Shown piece after piece: positions 1-6,096 of a stretch of 10,353 nt of DNA. Each line of letters opens with the position of its first letter. Position 1 is the stretch's first letter. The position numbers and the translations under genes were made by a program. The stretch is from IMG/VR virus record IMGVR_UViG_2531839233_000017. One strand, given 5' to 3'. A model generated the notes under the pieces. The model was not told the DNA's origin. It saw only the letters and a list, made by a program, of their open reading frames with translations, and searched no databases. The DNA is from a virus (lineage: Duplodnaviria; Heunggongvirae; Uroviricota; Caudoviricetes).

Positions 1-129
1 AGTTCTGCTACCACTCATATCACCAAAAAAGCAGATAAAAAGAAAAGCACGGCAACCACCAAAAAGACCCAGAAAACAGCGAAAAAAGCCGCCAGTAAAA
101 GTACGACCAAAAGCAAAACAGACCAGTAA
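1..129 (+). CDS. 3' end of an upstream CDS (partial, start outside window); Lys/Thr/Ala-rich low-complexity C-terminal tail
   Basis: Frame 1 is open from base 1 to TAA at 127-129 (…TKKADKKKSTATTKKTQKTAKKAASKSTTKSKTDQ*). The stop is followed by an AAGGG Shine-Dalgarno and the ATG at 140. Frame 2 is also open across this A-rich stretch, so the frame assignment is uncertain. Confidence 0.3.
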   Translation, partial: SSATTHITKKADKKKSTATTKKTQKTAKKAASKSTTKSKTDQ

Positions 130-139
130 GGGCACACCG

Positions 140-475
140 ATGACGCTGGCGCGTATGGCGGTATCGTTGCCATGTAGTCAGGCGCAGGATGGGCAGGCGA
201 CGTTATGGCTATCGGTCATCGCATTTGGTAAGCAGGCCGACTTCCTGGCTAAACATCAAAAAGGCGACGTTGCCAGCGTATCCGGCACGATGCAGGTCAG
301 CCAGTGGACCGGACAGAACGGGGAAACGCGGCAGGGTTATCAGGTTATTGCAGACAGCGTAATCAGTGCCCGTGCGGCACGTCCTGGCGGGAACAGACGC
401 AAAACCACAGGCACACAGGGTAATCAGCCACCAGCGGGAGGCGATGACCCTTACGGTGACGGTATTCCGTTCTGA
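140..475 (+). CDS. SSB-like protein with a short N-terminus (partial OB-fold, Gly/Pro/Gln-rich linker, acidic C-terminal tip ending DGIPF)
   Basis: ATG at 140 preceded by AAGGG at 7 nt. The central segment ATLWLSVIAFGKQADFLAKHQKGDVASVSGTMQVSQWTGQNGETRQGYQV aligns by eye with the second half of the E. coli SSB OB-fold (W-x-V-x-FGK … KG … WTDQSG). The C-terminus GGDDPYGDGIPF resembles the SSB acidic tip (DDDIPF). The first ~50 residues of a canonical SSB are absent. Confidence 0.55.
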   Translation: MTLARMAVSLPCSQAQDGQATLWLSVIAFGKQADFLAKHQKGDVASVSGTMQVSQWTGQNGETRQGYQVIADSVISARAARPGGNRRKTTGTQGNQPPAGGDDPYGDGIPF

Positions 476-485
476 GGGGGTGGCG

Positions 486-758
486 ATGGTACATGACCGC
501 ATAGCGGAAGAACTCGAGGCGAAAGGCTTTTACCGGAGGGCGGCGGCGCGATGGGGTGAAGTCATGCTGCTGGTGGAGACAGACAAGGAACGGCATCAGG
601 TTACGATGCGACGGCTGGAATGTTCCAGGAAGGCACAGAAGCCACCGGAGCCGCCGGATAACTTCGGAGACCTGAGAAAGGCAGTCGATCGCACTTATGC
701 TGAAATGGGTATAGATGGTGTAAGCGATGAAATATGGCGTAATTACCCAGACAGCTAA
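486..758 (+). CDS. PerC-family-like small transcriptional regulator (90 aa)
   Basis: ATG at 486 lies 5 nt after GAGGGGG. The N-terminal core MVHDRIAEELEAKGFYRRAAARWGEVM matches my recollection of the PerC/Pch family signature (AE-LE-G-RRAA-RW-EV). The longer track ORF from 366 overlaps the SSB-like gene and lacks an RBS. Confidence 0.5.
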   Translation: MVHDRIAEELEAKGFYRRAAARWGEVMLLVETDKERHQVTMRRLECSRKAQKPPEPPDNFGDLRKAVDRTYAEMGIDGVSDEIWRNYPDS

Positions 759-763
759 TCAAC

Positions 764-787
764 AGCCGGAGAAATCCGGCTTTTTTT
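764..787 (+). terminator. Rho-independent terminator after the PerC-like gene
   Basis: Hairpin AGCCGGAG-AAAT-CCGGCT followed by a run of seven T, directly after the stop at 758. Confidence 0.6.
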
Positions 788-882
788 GCACCAGTTGAAA
801 CGGTATGGCGCATTACCGGGTTTTCGTCACGGTCAGGCATAGTTACTATCTGAAACAAACAGACACAACAGAGGAAAAAACA

Positions 883-1107
883 ATGCCGATGAAATTTGAT
901 GAGATATTAAAACAGCGTGATAAATACCATGCTGACAACATGGAGACGATGAGCATCAATGATTACCGCGCATTCCTGGAGACGGGCGCACTGATTGAAA
1001 AGGATCAGCATGGTTTTGTGAGATGTGCTCTGTCCGGTGAAATGCTGGCGGTAAATCCTGAACAGATAGATGCATTGATAGAATTTCTGAAAGGGATCAG
1101 GGACTGA
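883..1107 (+). CDS. hypothetical protein (74 aa)
   Basis: ATG at 883 preceded by GAGGAAAAAACA (AGAGGA Shine-Dalgarno). Sequence MPMKFDEILKQRDKYHADNMETMSINDYRAFLETGALIEKDQHGF… has no motif I recognise. The track ORF from 805 has no RBS. Confidence 0.5.
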   Translation: MPMKFDEILKQRDKYHADNMETMSINDYRAFLETGALIEKDQHGFVRCALSGEMLAVNPEQIDALIEFLKGIRD

Positions 1108-1117
1108 GCACGCATAC

Positions 1118-1140
1118 AGCCGGAGCAATCCGGCTTTTTG
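1118..1140 (+). terminator. Rho-independent terminator after the 74-aa gene (near-duplicate of 764-787)
   Basis: Hairpin AGCCGGAG-CAAT-CCGGCT followed by TTTTTG. Stem is identical to the terminator at 764-787. Confidence 0.6.
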
Positions 1141-1156
1141 TCATTTTTTGTAAATT

Positions 1157-1187
1157 ATTTGTTCGTGGTTGTTCCACGTTGTTCACT
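1157..1187 (+). promoter_or_regulatory. Three helically phased TTGTTC hexamers (10-bp register) upstream of the capsid operon; candidate operator or activator site, possibly overlapping a weak sigma70 promoter
   Basis: TTGTTC at 1159, 1169 and 1179 (TTGTTCGTGG TTGTTCCACG TTGTTCACTG). The 15-mer TTGTTCCACGTTGTT recurs at 8754-8768. A possible -35 TTGTTC (1179-1184) and -10 TATTTT (1201-1206) sit 16 bp apart. Confidence 0.4.
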
Positions 1188-1261
1188 GACAGGATCGGCA
1201 TATTTTACCCGAACTGAATCATGAGTATTCTCGCCCGTGGTGCCAGGACGCTGGGGCCACT

Positions 1262-1307
1262 TTCCCGCCTGTTAATGTGCTCGCCAATATTCATTACCAG
1301 GCGGGAA
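1262..1307 (+). promoter_or_regulatory. Long inverted repeat in the capsid-operon leader (10 to 11-bp perfect stem, about 26-nt loop)
   Basis: TTCCCGCCTG (1262-1271) is the exact reverse complement of CAGGCGGGAA (1298-1307); flanking T1261/A1308 extend the stem to 11 bp. Confidence 0.4.
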
Positions 1308-1361
1308 AACGATCGGTGCGATTGCTGATTTCCTTATGAAAAACGGTTGAGTTTTTGCCGC

Positions 1362-1399
1362 GTCCTGGAGTTCCTTACTTAACCCCAGGACTTTTTTTT
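1362..1399 (+). promoter_or_regulatory. Terminator-like hairpin plus T8 immediately before the capsid start codon; its 3' arm contains the only Shine-Dalgarno-like sequence
   Basis: GTCCTGG (1362-1368) pairs with CCAGGAC (1385-1391) across a 16-nt loop, followed by TTTTTTTT (1392-1399) and then ATG at 1400. AGGA at 1387-1390 lies inside the stem, 9 nt from the ATG. Confidence 0.45.
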
Positions 1400-2557
1400 A
1401 TGCCGAGAATAATCGAATTACGCCAGCAGAAAACCGCCATTAAAAATCAGATGCGCGACATGCTGGAGAACGCGGAAAAAGAAAACCGCAGCCTTAACGA
1501 TGCAGAGGGCGCAAAATTTGACGAATTACGCGCTAAAGCTGAATCCCTCGATAAAGACATTTCCCGCCTTGAAGCCATTGCAGACGAAGAGCGCAGCAAG
1601 CCAGGTAAAAGCAGCCAGACCACTGACCCGGCAGAACTCCGCAACTACATCCTGACAGGTGAAACCCGCGCATTAAGTACAGGCGTTCCCGCTGATGGTG
1701 GTTATACCGTTATCCCCGAACTGAACACCGAAATCATGCGAATGCTGACGGATGAATCCACCATGCGCCGCATCTGTACCGTGAAGAAAATCAGCAGCAA
1801 CGAGTTTAAGCAGCTTGTTTCCGCTGGCGGTGCGACCGTTAACCACGGTGAAGAGGGTAAGACACGCGAACAGACCAGCACCCCGCAGATTAACGAGGTG
1901 AGCATTAAGCTGTATCCGGTCTATGCGTACCCGCGCACCACACAGGAAATCGTGGATTTTTCCGATGTGGACATCCTTTCATGGCTGACGGGTGAGATTG
2001 GCGACACCTTCACGGAAACCGAAGAAAGCGATCTGGTTGTGGGCGACGGTGACAAAAAAGCAAAAGGTTTTTTATCCGTACCCCGTGCAGAGAAGAACGA
2101 CAAAGAGCGTGATTTTGGTACGTTGCAGGTAATTAAACCTTCCGAATCTCTGGCGTGGACATCTGCGGACCCGCTGATCGACCTGAAATTTGCATTACGT
2201 AAAAAATACCGCAAAAACGCGGTCTGGGTGGTTAACTCCACGACGGCGGCAAAACTTCAGAAGGTGAAGAACGCGAACGGTGATTACATCTGGCGCGACC
2301 GTTTACAGGCGGGTGATCCTGATACGTTGCTGGGCCTTCCGGTCGAATATCTGGAGTTTATGCCTGATAACGTTATTGCCCTGGGTGACTTCAAACGCGG
2401 TTACTACATTGTTGATCACGAAACAGGTGTTCGCACCAGACCGGACAACCTCACAGAGCCGGGTTTCATCAAAATTTTCACGCAGAAATATTTAGGCGGT
2501 GGCGTGGTGGATTCGAACGCGATCAAGATTCTGGAACTGCCACAGGACGACGATTAA
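1400..2557 (+). CDS. Major capsid protein, HK97 fold, with N-terminal coiled-coil delta/scaffolding domain
   Basis: 385-aa ORF. The N-terminus ELRQQKTAIKNQMRDMLENAEKENRSLNDAEGAKFDELRAKAESLDKDISRLEAIADEE is a typical HK97-family delta domain; the remainder has the usual HK97-family capsid length and composition. ATG 1400 is preferred over the track's TTG 1355 because it sits after the leader hairpin and gives a canonical N-terminus. Confidence 0.9.
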   Translation: MPRIIELRQQKTAIKNQMRDMLENAEKENRSLNDAEGAKFDELRAKAESLDKDISRLEAIADEERSKPGKSSQTTDPAELRNYILTGETRALSTGVPADGGYTVIPELNTEIMRMLTDESTMRRICTVKKISSNEFKQLVSAGGATVNHGEEGKTREQTSTPQINEVSIKLYPVYAYPRTTQEIVDFSDVDILSWLTGEIGDTFTETEESDLVVGDGDKKAKGFLSVPRAEKNDKERDFGTLQVIKPSESLAWTSADPLIDLKFALRKKYRKNAVWVVNSTTAAKLQKVKNANGDYIWRDRLQAGDPDTLLGLPVEYLEFMPDNVIALGDFKRGYYIVDHETGVRTRPDNLTEPGFIKIFTQKYLGGGVVDSNAIKILELPQDDD

Positions 2558-2567
2558 CAGCATACAG

Positions 2568-2596
2568 AAGGGGCTTAAAAGCCCCTTTAGTGTTTT
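2568..2596 (+). terminator. Intrinsic terminator or attenuator between the capsid and protease genes
   Basis: Hairpin AAGGGGC-TTAAAA-GCCCCTT (2568-2587) followed by TAGTGTTTT. Confidence 0.5.
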
Positions 2597-2611
2597 ATGG
2601 GTGAAAAAATT

Positions 2612-3169
2612 ATGAAGAGTATGGAAATCCGGTCATCGGAAATCACCACCAGCGCCAGCAACACGCTTACAGGCTACGTTGTTCGCTGGGATAACCTTTC
2701 AGAGCTGCTATGGGGGGAGTTTTACGAAAAATTCCAGCGGGGAGCGTTTACTGAATGGCTTGCGGCGGGTAATGACGTTCGCGGCCTGTATGAGCATGAC
2801 CACAGCATGTTACTGGGGCGCACCCGTTCCGGCACGCTGAAACTGGAAGAGGACGAAACAGGGTTACGCTTTGAACTGACCCCACCGGATACCAGTACAG
2901 GGCGCGACGTTATCGAACTGGTTAAGCGTGGGGACATCTCGGGGATGAGCTTTGGCTTTCGCTCCCGTAAGGATGTATGGGATACCACAACAGATCCATG
3001 CGTGCGCACCGTGCTGGTGGCGGAACTGTACGAAATTACCGTTACATCGGTACCGGCTTACCCCGATTCCGGCGTGGAGCTGGCCCGCCGTTCCCTGTAT
3101 GAGCAGCACCCCGAAAAAATGCCGCGTGCGGATAATCGCCGCTGGTGGGCGGATTTAGCGGGGGTGTGA
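2612..3169 (+). CDS. Prohead maturation protease, HK97 family (S78/U35-like)
   Basis: Motifs YEHDHS (candidate catalytic His) and ISGMSFGF (candidate catalytic Ser), with typical length. ATG 2612 has GGGTGA 7 nt upstream; the track start 2597 abuts the terminator T-run with no RBS. Confidence 0.88.
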   Translation: MKSMEIRSSEITTSASNTLTGYVVRWDNLSELLWGEFYEKFQRGAFTEWLAAGNDVRGLYEHDHSMLLGRTRSGTLKLEEDETGLRFELTPPDTSTGRDVIELVKRGDISGMSFGFRSRKDVWDTTTDPCVRTVLVAELYEITVTSVPAYPDSGVELARRSLYEQHPEKMPRADNRRWWADLAGV

Positions 3170-3170
3170 T

Positions 3171-4382
3171 ATGTGGCCTTTCAGAAGAAAAAAAGAGCAG
3201 CGCAGCATGACGCTTGATGAGTTTATGGCGCTGGCTGGCACATCGAACACGGGGGCGGGTGAGTACGTATCATCGGGGACAGCGGAATCACTGCCCGCCG
3301 TCATGAACGCCGTGACGGTCATCTCTGAGGCGGTGGCTACCATGCCGTGTTACCTGTACCTGGTACGCAATGAGAAGGGGAAGGAGGCCCGCGAGTGGCT
3401 TGATTCTCATCCGGTCGATCATATCCTCAACGAGCGCCCGAACGCGTGGCAGACGCCCTATCAGTTTAAGCGAATGATGGTCCGCCACTGCCTGTTAAAC
3501 GGTAATGCTTATGCGGTGATTCAGTGGGGGCGTGATGGTTTTCCGGTGGCTTTGCACCCTTACCCGCCGCAGTCGGTGAACGTGGAGCAGACAGGCGAAC
3601 ACAACTGGCGCTATTGCATCACTGACGCCTACACCGGAAACACCCACAACTATTTACCGTGGGAAGTACTTCACCTTCGTTACTCCACGGATGACGGCTT
3701 TATGGGGCGCTCACCTGTAACCATCTGCCGCGAATCGCTGGGGCTTGGGCTGGCCCAACAACGCCACGGCGCGAGCGTGATGCGTGATGGCATGATGGCG
3801 GCAGGGGTTATCACGTCAGGCGAATGGCTGGACGGCGTGAAGGGCAAACAGGCATTAGCCGCACTGGAACGCTACAAAGGGGCCAGAAACGCCGGAAAAA
3901 CGCCCATCCTTGAAGGGGGTATGAGCTATCAGCAGCTGGGCATGAGTAATCAGGATGCTGAATGGCTGGCCTCCCGTCGCTTTACCATTGAAGACATCGC
4001 CCGAATGTTCAACGTCTCGCCGATTTTTTTGCAGGAATACAGCAACAGCACCTACAGCAATTTCAGCGAGGCAAGCCGCGCATTTCTCACCATGACGATG
4101 CGCCCGTGGCTGGCGAACTTTGAGCAGCAGATAAAAAACGCCCTGCTGGTGGCCTCGCCTGTACCTGGTATCCGGTATCAGGTGGAGTTTGACAGCGCGG
4201 ACCTGTTACGGGCCACACCTGGCGAACGCTTTGCCACCTATGAGCGCGGCATCAAATCCGGCGTTATGTGCCCGAACGAAGCCCGCGAACGTGAAGGACT
4301 GTCACCGCGTGATGGTGGTGATGAGTTCAGCCAGGCATGGAAACAGGAAGTAAAAATCAGCGAGGGAGAAAAACCGGAATGA
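3171..4382 (+). CDS. Portal protein, HK97 family
   Basis: 403-aa ORF of typical HK97-family portal size, sitting in the head module. The start overlaps the protease stop (TGAtATG) and has a GGGGG Shine-Dalgarno. Confidence 0.88.
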   Translation: MWPFRRKKEQRSMTLDEFMALAGTSNTGAGEYVSSGTAESLPAVMNAVTVISEAVATMPCYLYLVRNEKGKEAREWLDSHPVDHILNERPNAWQTPYQFKRMMVRHCLLNGNAYAVIQWGRDGFPVALHPYPPQSVNVEQTGEHNWRYCITDAYTGNTHNYLPWEVLHLRYSTDDGFMGRSPVTICRESLGLGLAQQRHGASVMRDGMMAAGVITSGEWLDGVKGKQALAALERYKGARNAGKTPILEGGMSYQQLGMSNQDAEWLASRRFTIEDIARMFNVSPIFLQEYSNSTYSNFSEASRAFLTMTMRPWLANFEQQIKNALLVASPVPGIRYQVEFDSADLLRATPGERFATYERGIKSGVMCPNEAREREGLSPRDGGDEFSQAWKQEVKISEGEKPE

Positions 4383-4717
4383 ACATAGGGCGACTGCGTG
4401 ACAGGATAACGATTCAGACCCTGAAACAGACCAGAGCCATGACGGGCGAAATACTCGAAACGTGGGAGGACGGTCACACACTCTGGGCAAGCGTGAACAT
4501 GATCAGCAGCAAGGAGGCCATTTCATCGGGCGCAGAGCTGGCGATTGGTACCGTAAGGATCTGGATACGGTACCGGAAGGACATCAACGCCACCAGCCGG
4601 ATAAAGGTCAGTACGGGGCCGCTGGCGGGGCGTGTACTGAATATCATCGGGCAGCCGTTGCCGGATGTCGCCAGGACACGCCTTGAAATTCTTTGTCGTG
4701 AGGGCGCGGAAAAATGA
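4379..4717 (+). CDS. Head closure / head-tail adaptor protein (Phage_H_T_join-like)
   Basis: MNIGRLRDRITIQ … ETW … LWASV … IRYRKDI … LEILCRE matches the head-closure family pattern (GRLRxRITIQ, ETW, IRYR, LELLC). ATG 4379 overlaps the portal stop (ATGA) and has GAGGGAG 10 nt upstream. Confidence 0.8.
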   Translation: MNIGRLRDRITIQTLKQTRAMTGEILETWEDGHTLWASVNMISSKEAISSGAELAIGTVRIWIRYRKDINATSRIKVSTGPLAGRVLNIIGQPLPDVARTRLEILCREGAEK

Positions 4718-5010
4718 CAGAAGAACTTATCACCCTGGAAGAAGTGAAACTCCATTGCCGCATCGATGGCGACGAGGAAGACCAGTTAATCAGCGGATAC
4801 ATTGCCGCATCGCTTGAGGCGTGCCAGATACACATAGGCAGGCGCTTTGATGACGGGCTGGAGTTCACGCCAGCCATAAAGATTGGCTGCATGATGTTTA
4901 TCGCTCACCTGTATGAAAATCGCCAGATTGTCGCGGATAACGCAAAAACACGCGTACCCATGACGATTGGTGCACTCTGGACGGCTTACCGTGATGTGGG
5001 GGTGTACTGA
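4714..5010 (+). CDS. gp6-like head-tail connector protein (Phage_connect_1-like)
   Basis: LITLEEVKLHCRIDGDEEDQLISGYIAAS … HLYENR is the characteristic signature. ATGA overlap with the previous gene; GAGGG RBS. Confidence 0.8.
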   Translation: MTEELITLEEVKLHCRIDGDEEDQLISGYIAASLEACQIHIGRRFDDGLEFTPAIKIGCMMFIAHLYENRQIVADNAKTRVPMTIGALWTAYRDVGVY

Positions 5011-5450
5011 TGCCGTGGCAACCATTAAGACGATGCACAGAACCAGGCTGTAACAGGCGCGTGAAGTCCGGCAAGTGTGAGGAGCACAGGCGGGCGGCAT
5101 GGCGTGCAGAGGATGCCAGACGAGGACACCGCCGCGCGCGTGGGTACTCCAGACAGTGGGACAAATACCGCGCCATGTATCTGAGTAAAAACCCGTTATG
5201 CGTGCGATGCCTTGAGAAGGGGATATATACGCCCGCCGTGGTGGTGGATCACATTATCCCCATCGATGGCGGTGATGATGTTCTCTTCTGGCCCGAATGG
5301 AACCATCAACCATTGTGTCAGGCGTGCCATAACCAGAAAACGAAATGGCTTGATCCGGCAACAAAAAGCAAGCGTGCCGCAGGTGGATTTCGTGAAGAGG
5401 AAGAACGGGCCGCTAACCGCAATAACTGGATGTATGACGCTGATGAATGA
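5010..5450 (+). CDS. HNH endonuclease (terminase-associated)
   Basis: Cys/His motif CVRCLEKG … VDHIIPIDGGDD … NHQPLCQACHNQKT. Start overlaps the previous stop (TGATG). It sits directly upstream of terS/terL, as in HK97-type cos phages. Confidence 0.88.
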   Translation: MPWQPLRRCTEPGCNRRVKSGKCEEHRRAAWRAEDARRGHRRARGYSRQWDKYRAMYLSKNPLCVRCLEKGIYTPAVVVDHIIPIDGGDDVLFWPEWNHQPLCQACHNQKTKWLDPATKSKRAAGGFREEEERAANRNNWMYDADE

Positions 5451-5616
5451 GCGGGAACAAAACCGCCTTATCCGTGGACTTATAAGGCAGCGTGACGCAT
5501 GGAAGACACAGGAAACAGGGCATAAAGATAAAGCGTCAGGACGCGCAGAACGCATCACAGCGAAGCGATTAACCGACCGTGACCGCGAGGTTATGGAATG
5601 TTTCCGCAATCGCTGA
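5443..5616 (+). CDS. hypothetical small basic protein (about 57 aa); uncertain
   Basis: ATG at 5443 (or 5434) overlaps the HNH stop. Arg/Lys-rich (MNEREQNRLIRGLIRQRDAWKTQETGHKDKASGRAERITAKRLTDRDREVMECFRNR). Weak RBS, no recognisable motif. The long track ORF from 5212 is a shadow of the HNH gene. Confidence 0.3.
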   Translation: MNEREQNRLIRGLIRQRDAWKTQETGHKDKASGRAERITAKRLTDRDREVMECFRNR

Positions 5617-5628
5617 TGAGGCTGTATG

Positions 5629-5672
5629 ACGGGGTGGGGGGCGTTTTCAGGACAAACCCGACCCCGCCGGGC
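5629..5672. other. Candidate cos / packaging-initiation region (G-rich imperfect inverted repeat upstream of terS)
   Basis: GACGGGGTGGGGGGCG (5629-5643) and CCCGACCCCGCCGGGC (5657-5672) are partially complementary G/C blocks in the otherwise AT-rich intergenic region between the HNH-side genes and terS. Confidence 0.25.
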
Positions 5673-5739
5673 ACCGAACGCCTCCTCAAATTTTTATGCA
5701 CGGGAATTTTTTGAAAAATAATCTGGCGAAAAAATAAGC

Positions 5740-6096
5740 ATGGCAAGACCACCGAAAGCCCCCGCCTACCTGGATGATATCGCCGTGAAGCAGTGGCGGG
5801 AAAAATCGCGGCAGCTTGCGGAACGGGGTGACCTGACTCCCGCCGACTGGAGTAATCTGGAACTGTATTGCGTCAATTACTCGATATACCGGAAAGCCGT
5901 CGCAGACCTTGCGGCGCGCGGGTTCAGCATTGTTAACAGTCAGGGCGGAGAGAGCAGAAACCCCGCATTAAGCGCGAAATCCGACGCGGAAAGAGTGATG
6001 ATAAAAATGGCCTCCTTGCTCGGTTTTGACCCGATAAGCCGCCGTAAAAATCCACCGGAAACAGAAGAAGAGGACGAGCTTGACCGCCTGGAATAA
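5740..6096 (+). CDS. Terminase small subunit, P27 family
   Basis: N-terminus MARPPKAP; internal LELYCVNYSIYRKA … GESRNPAL … GFDPISRRK matches the P27-family TerS pattern. Directly precedes terL. Confidence 0.85.
   Translation: MARPPKAPAYLDDIAVKQWREKSRQLAERGDLTPADWSNLELYCVNYSIYRKAVADLAARGFSIVNSQGGESRNPALSAKSDAERVMIKMASLLGFDPISRRKNPPETEEEDELDRLE

Noticed and set aside
1-475. Single long frame-2 ORF spanning 2-475 (basic K/R/P-rich region fused to the SSB-like part)
   Set aside because: Openness of two frames across 1-139 is explained by A-rich low-complexity DNA. A stop in frame 1 followed by an AAGGG Shine-Dalgarno and ATG 140 fits two separate genes better. It cannot be fully excluded without the upstream sequence.
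366-485. Upstream extension of the PerC-like ORF (track start 366)
   Set aside because: It overlaps the 3' half of the SSB-like gene in another frame and has no RBS; ATG 486 has a strong GAGGGGG.
805-882. Upstream extension of the 74-aa ORF (track start 805)
   Set aside because: No RBS, and it starts inside the preceding terminator region; ATG 883 has an AGAGGA Shine-Dalgarno.
1355-1399. TTG start at 1355 for the capsid gene (six-frame track start)
   Set aside because: It would place a terminator-like hairpin and T8 inside the coding sequence and add a Pro/Gly-rich, non-canonical N-terminus. ATG 1400 gives a typical delta-domain start. Kept as an alternative.
1921-2241. Minus-strand ORFs inside the capsid, protease, portal and terL genes (for example 1921-2241, 2722-3009, 2864-3109, 3288-3488, 6190-6402, 6435-6641, 6750-7007, 6856-7086, 7226-7414)
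   Set aside because: They are antisense shadows of strongly supported + strand genes, have no RBS, and show low-complexity Ser/Arg/Pro-rich translations.
4462-4686. + strand alternative-frame ORFs inside head closure, connector and HNH genes (4462-4686, 5212-5433, 2952-3158, 2280-2495, 6630-6833, 7311-7514)
   Set aside because: They are out-of-frame overlaps with well-supported genes and lack start signals.
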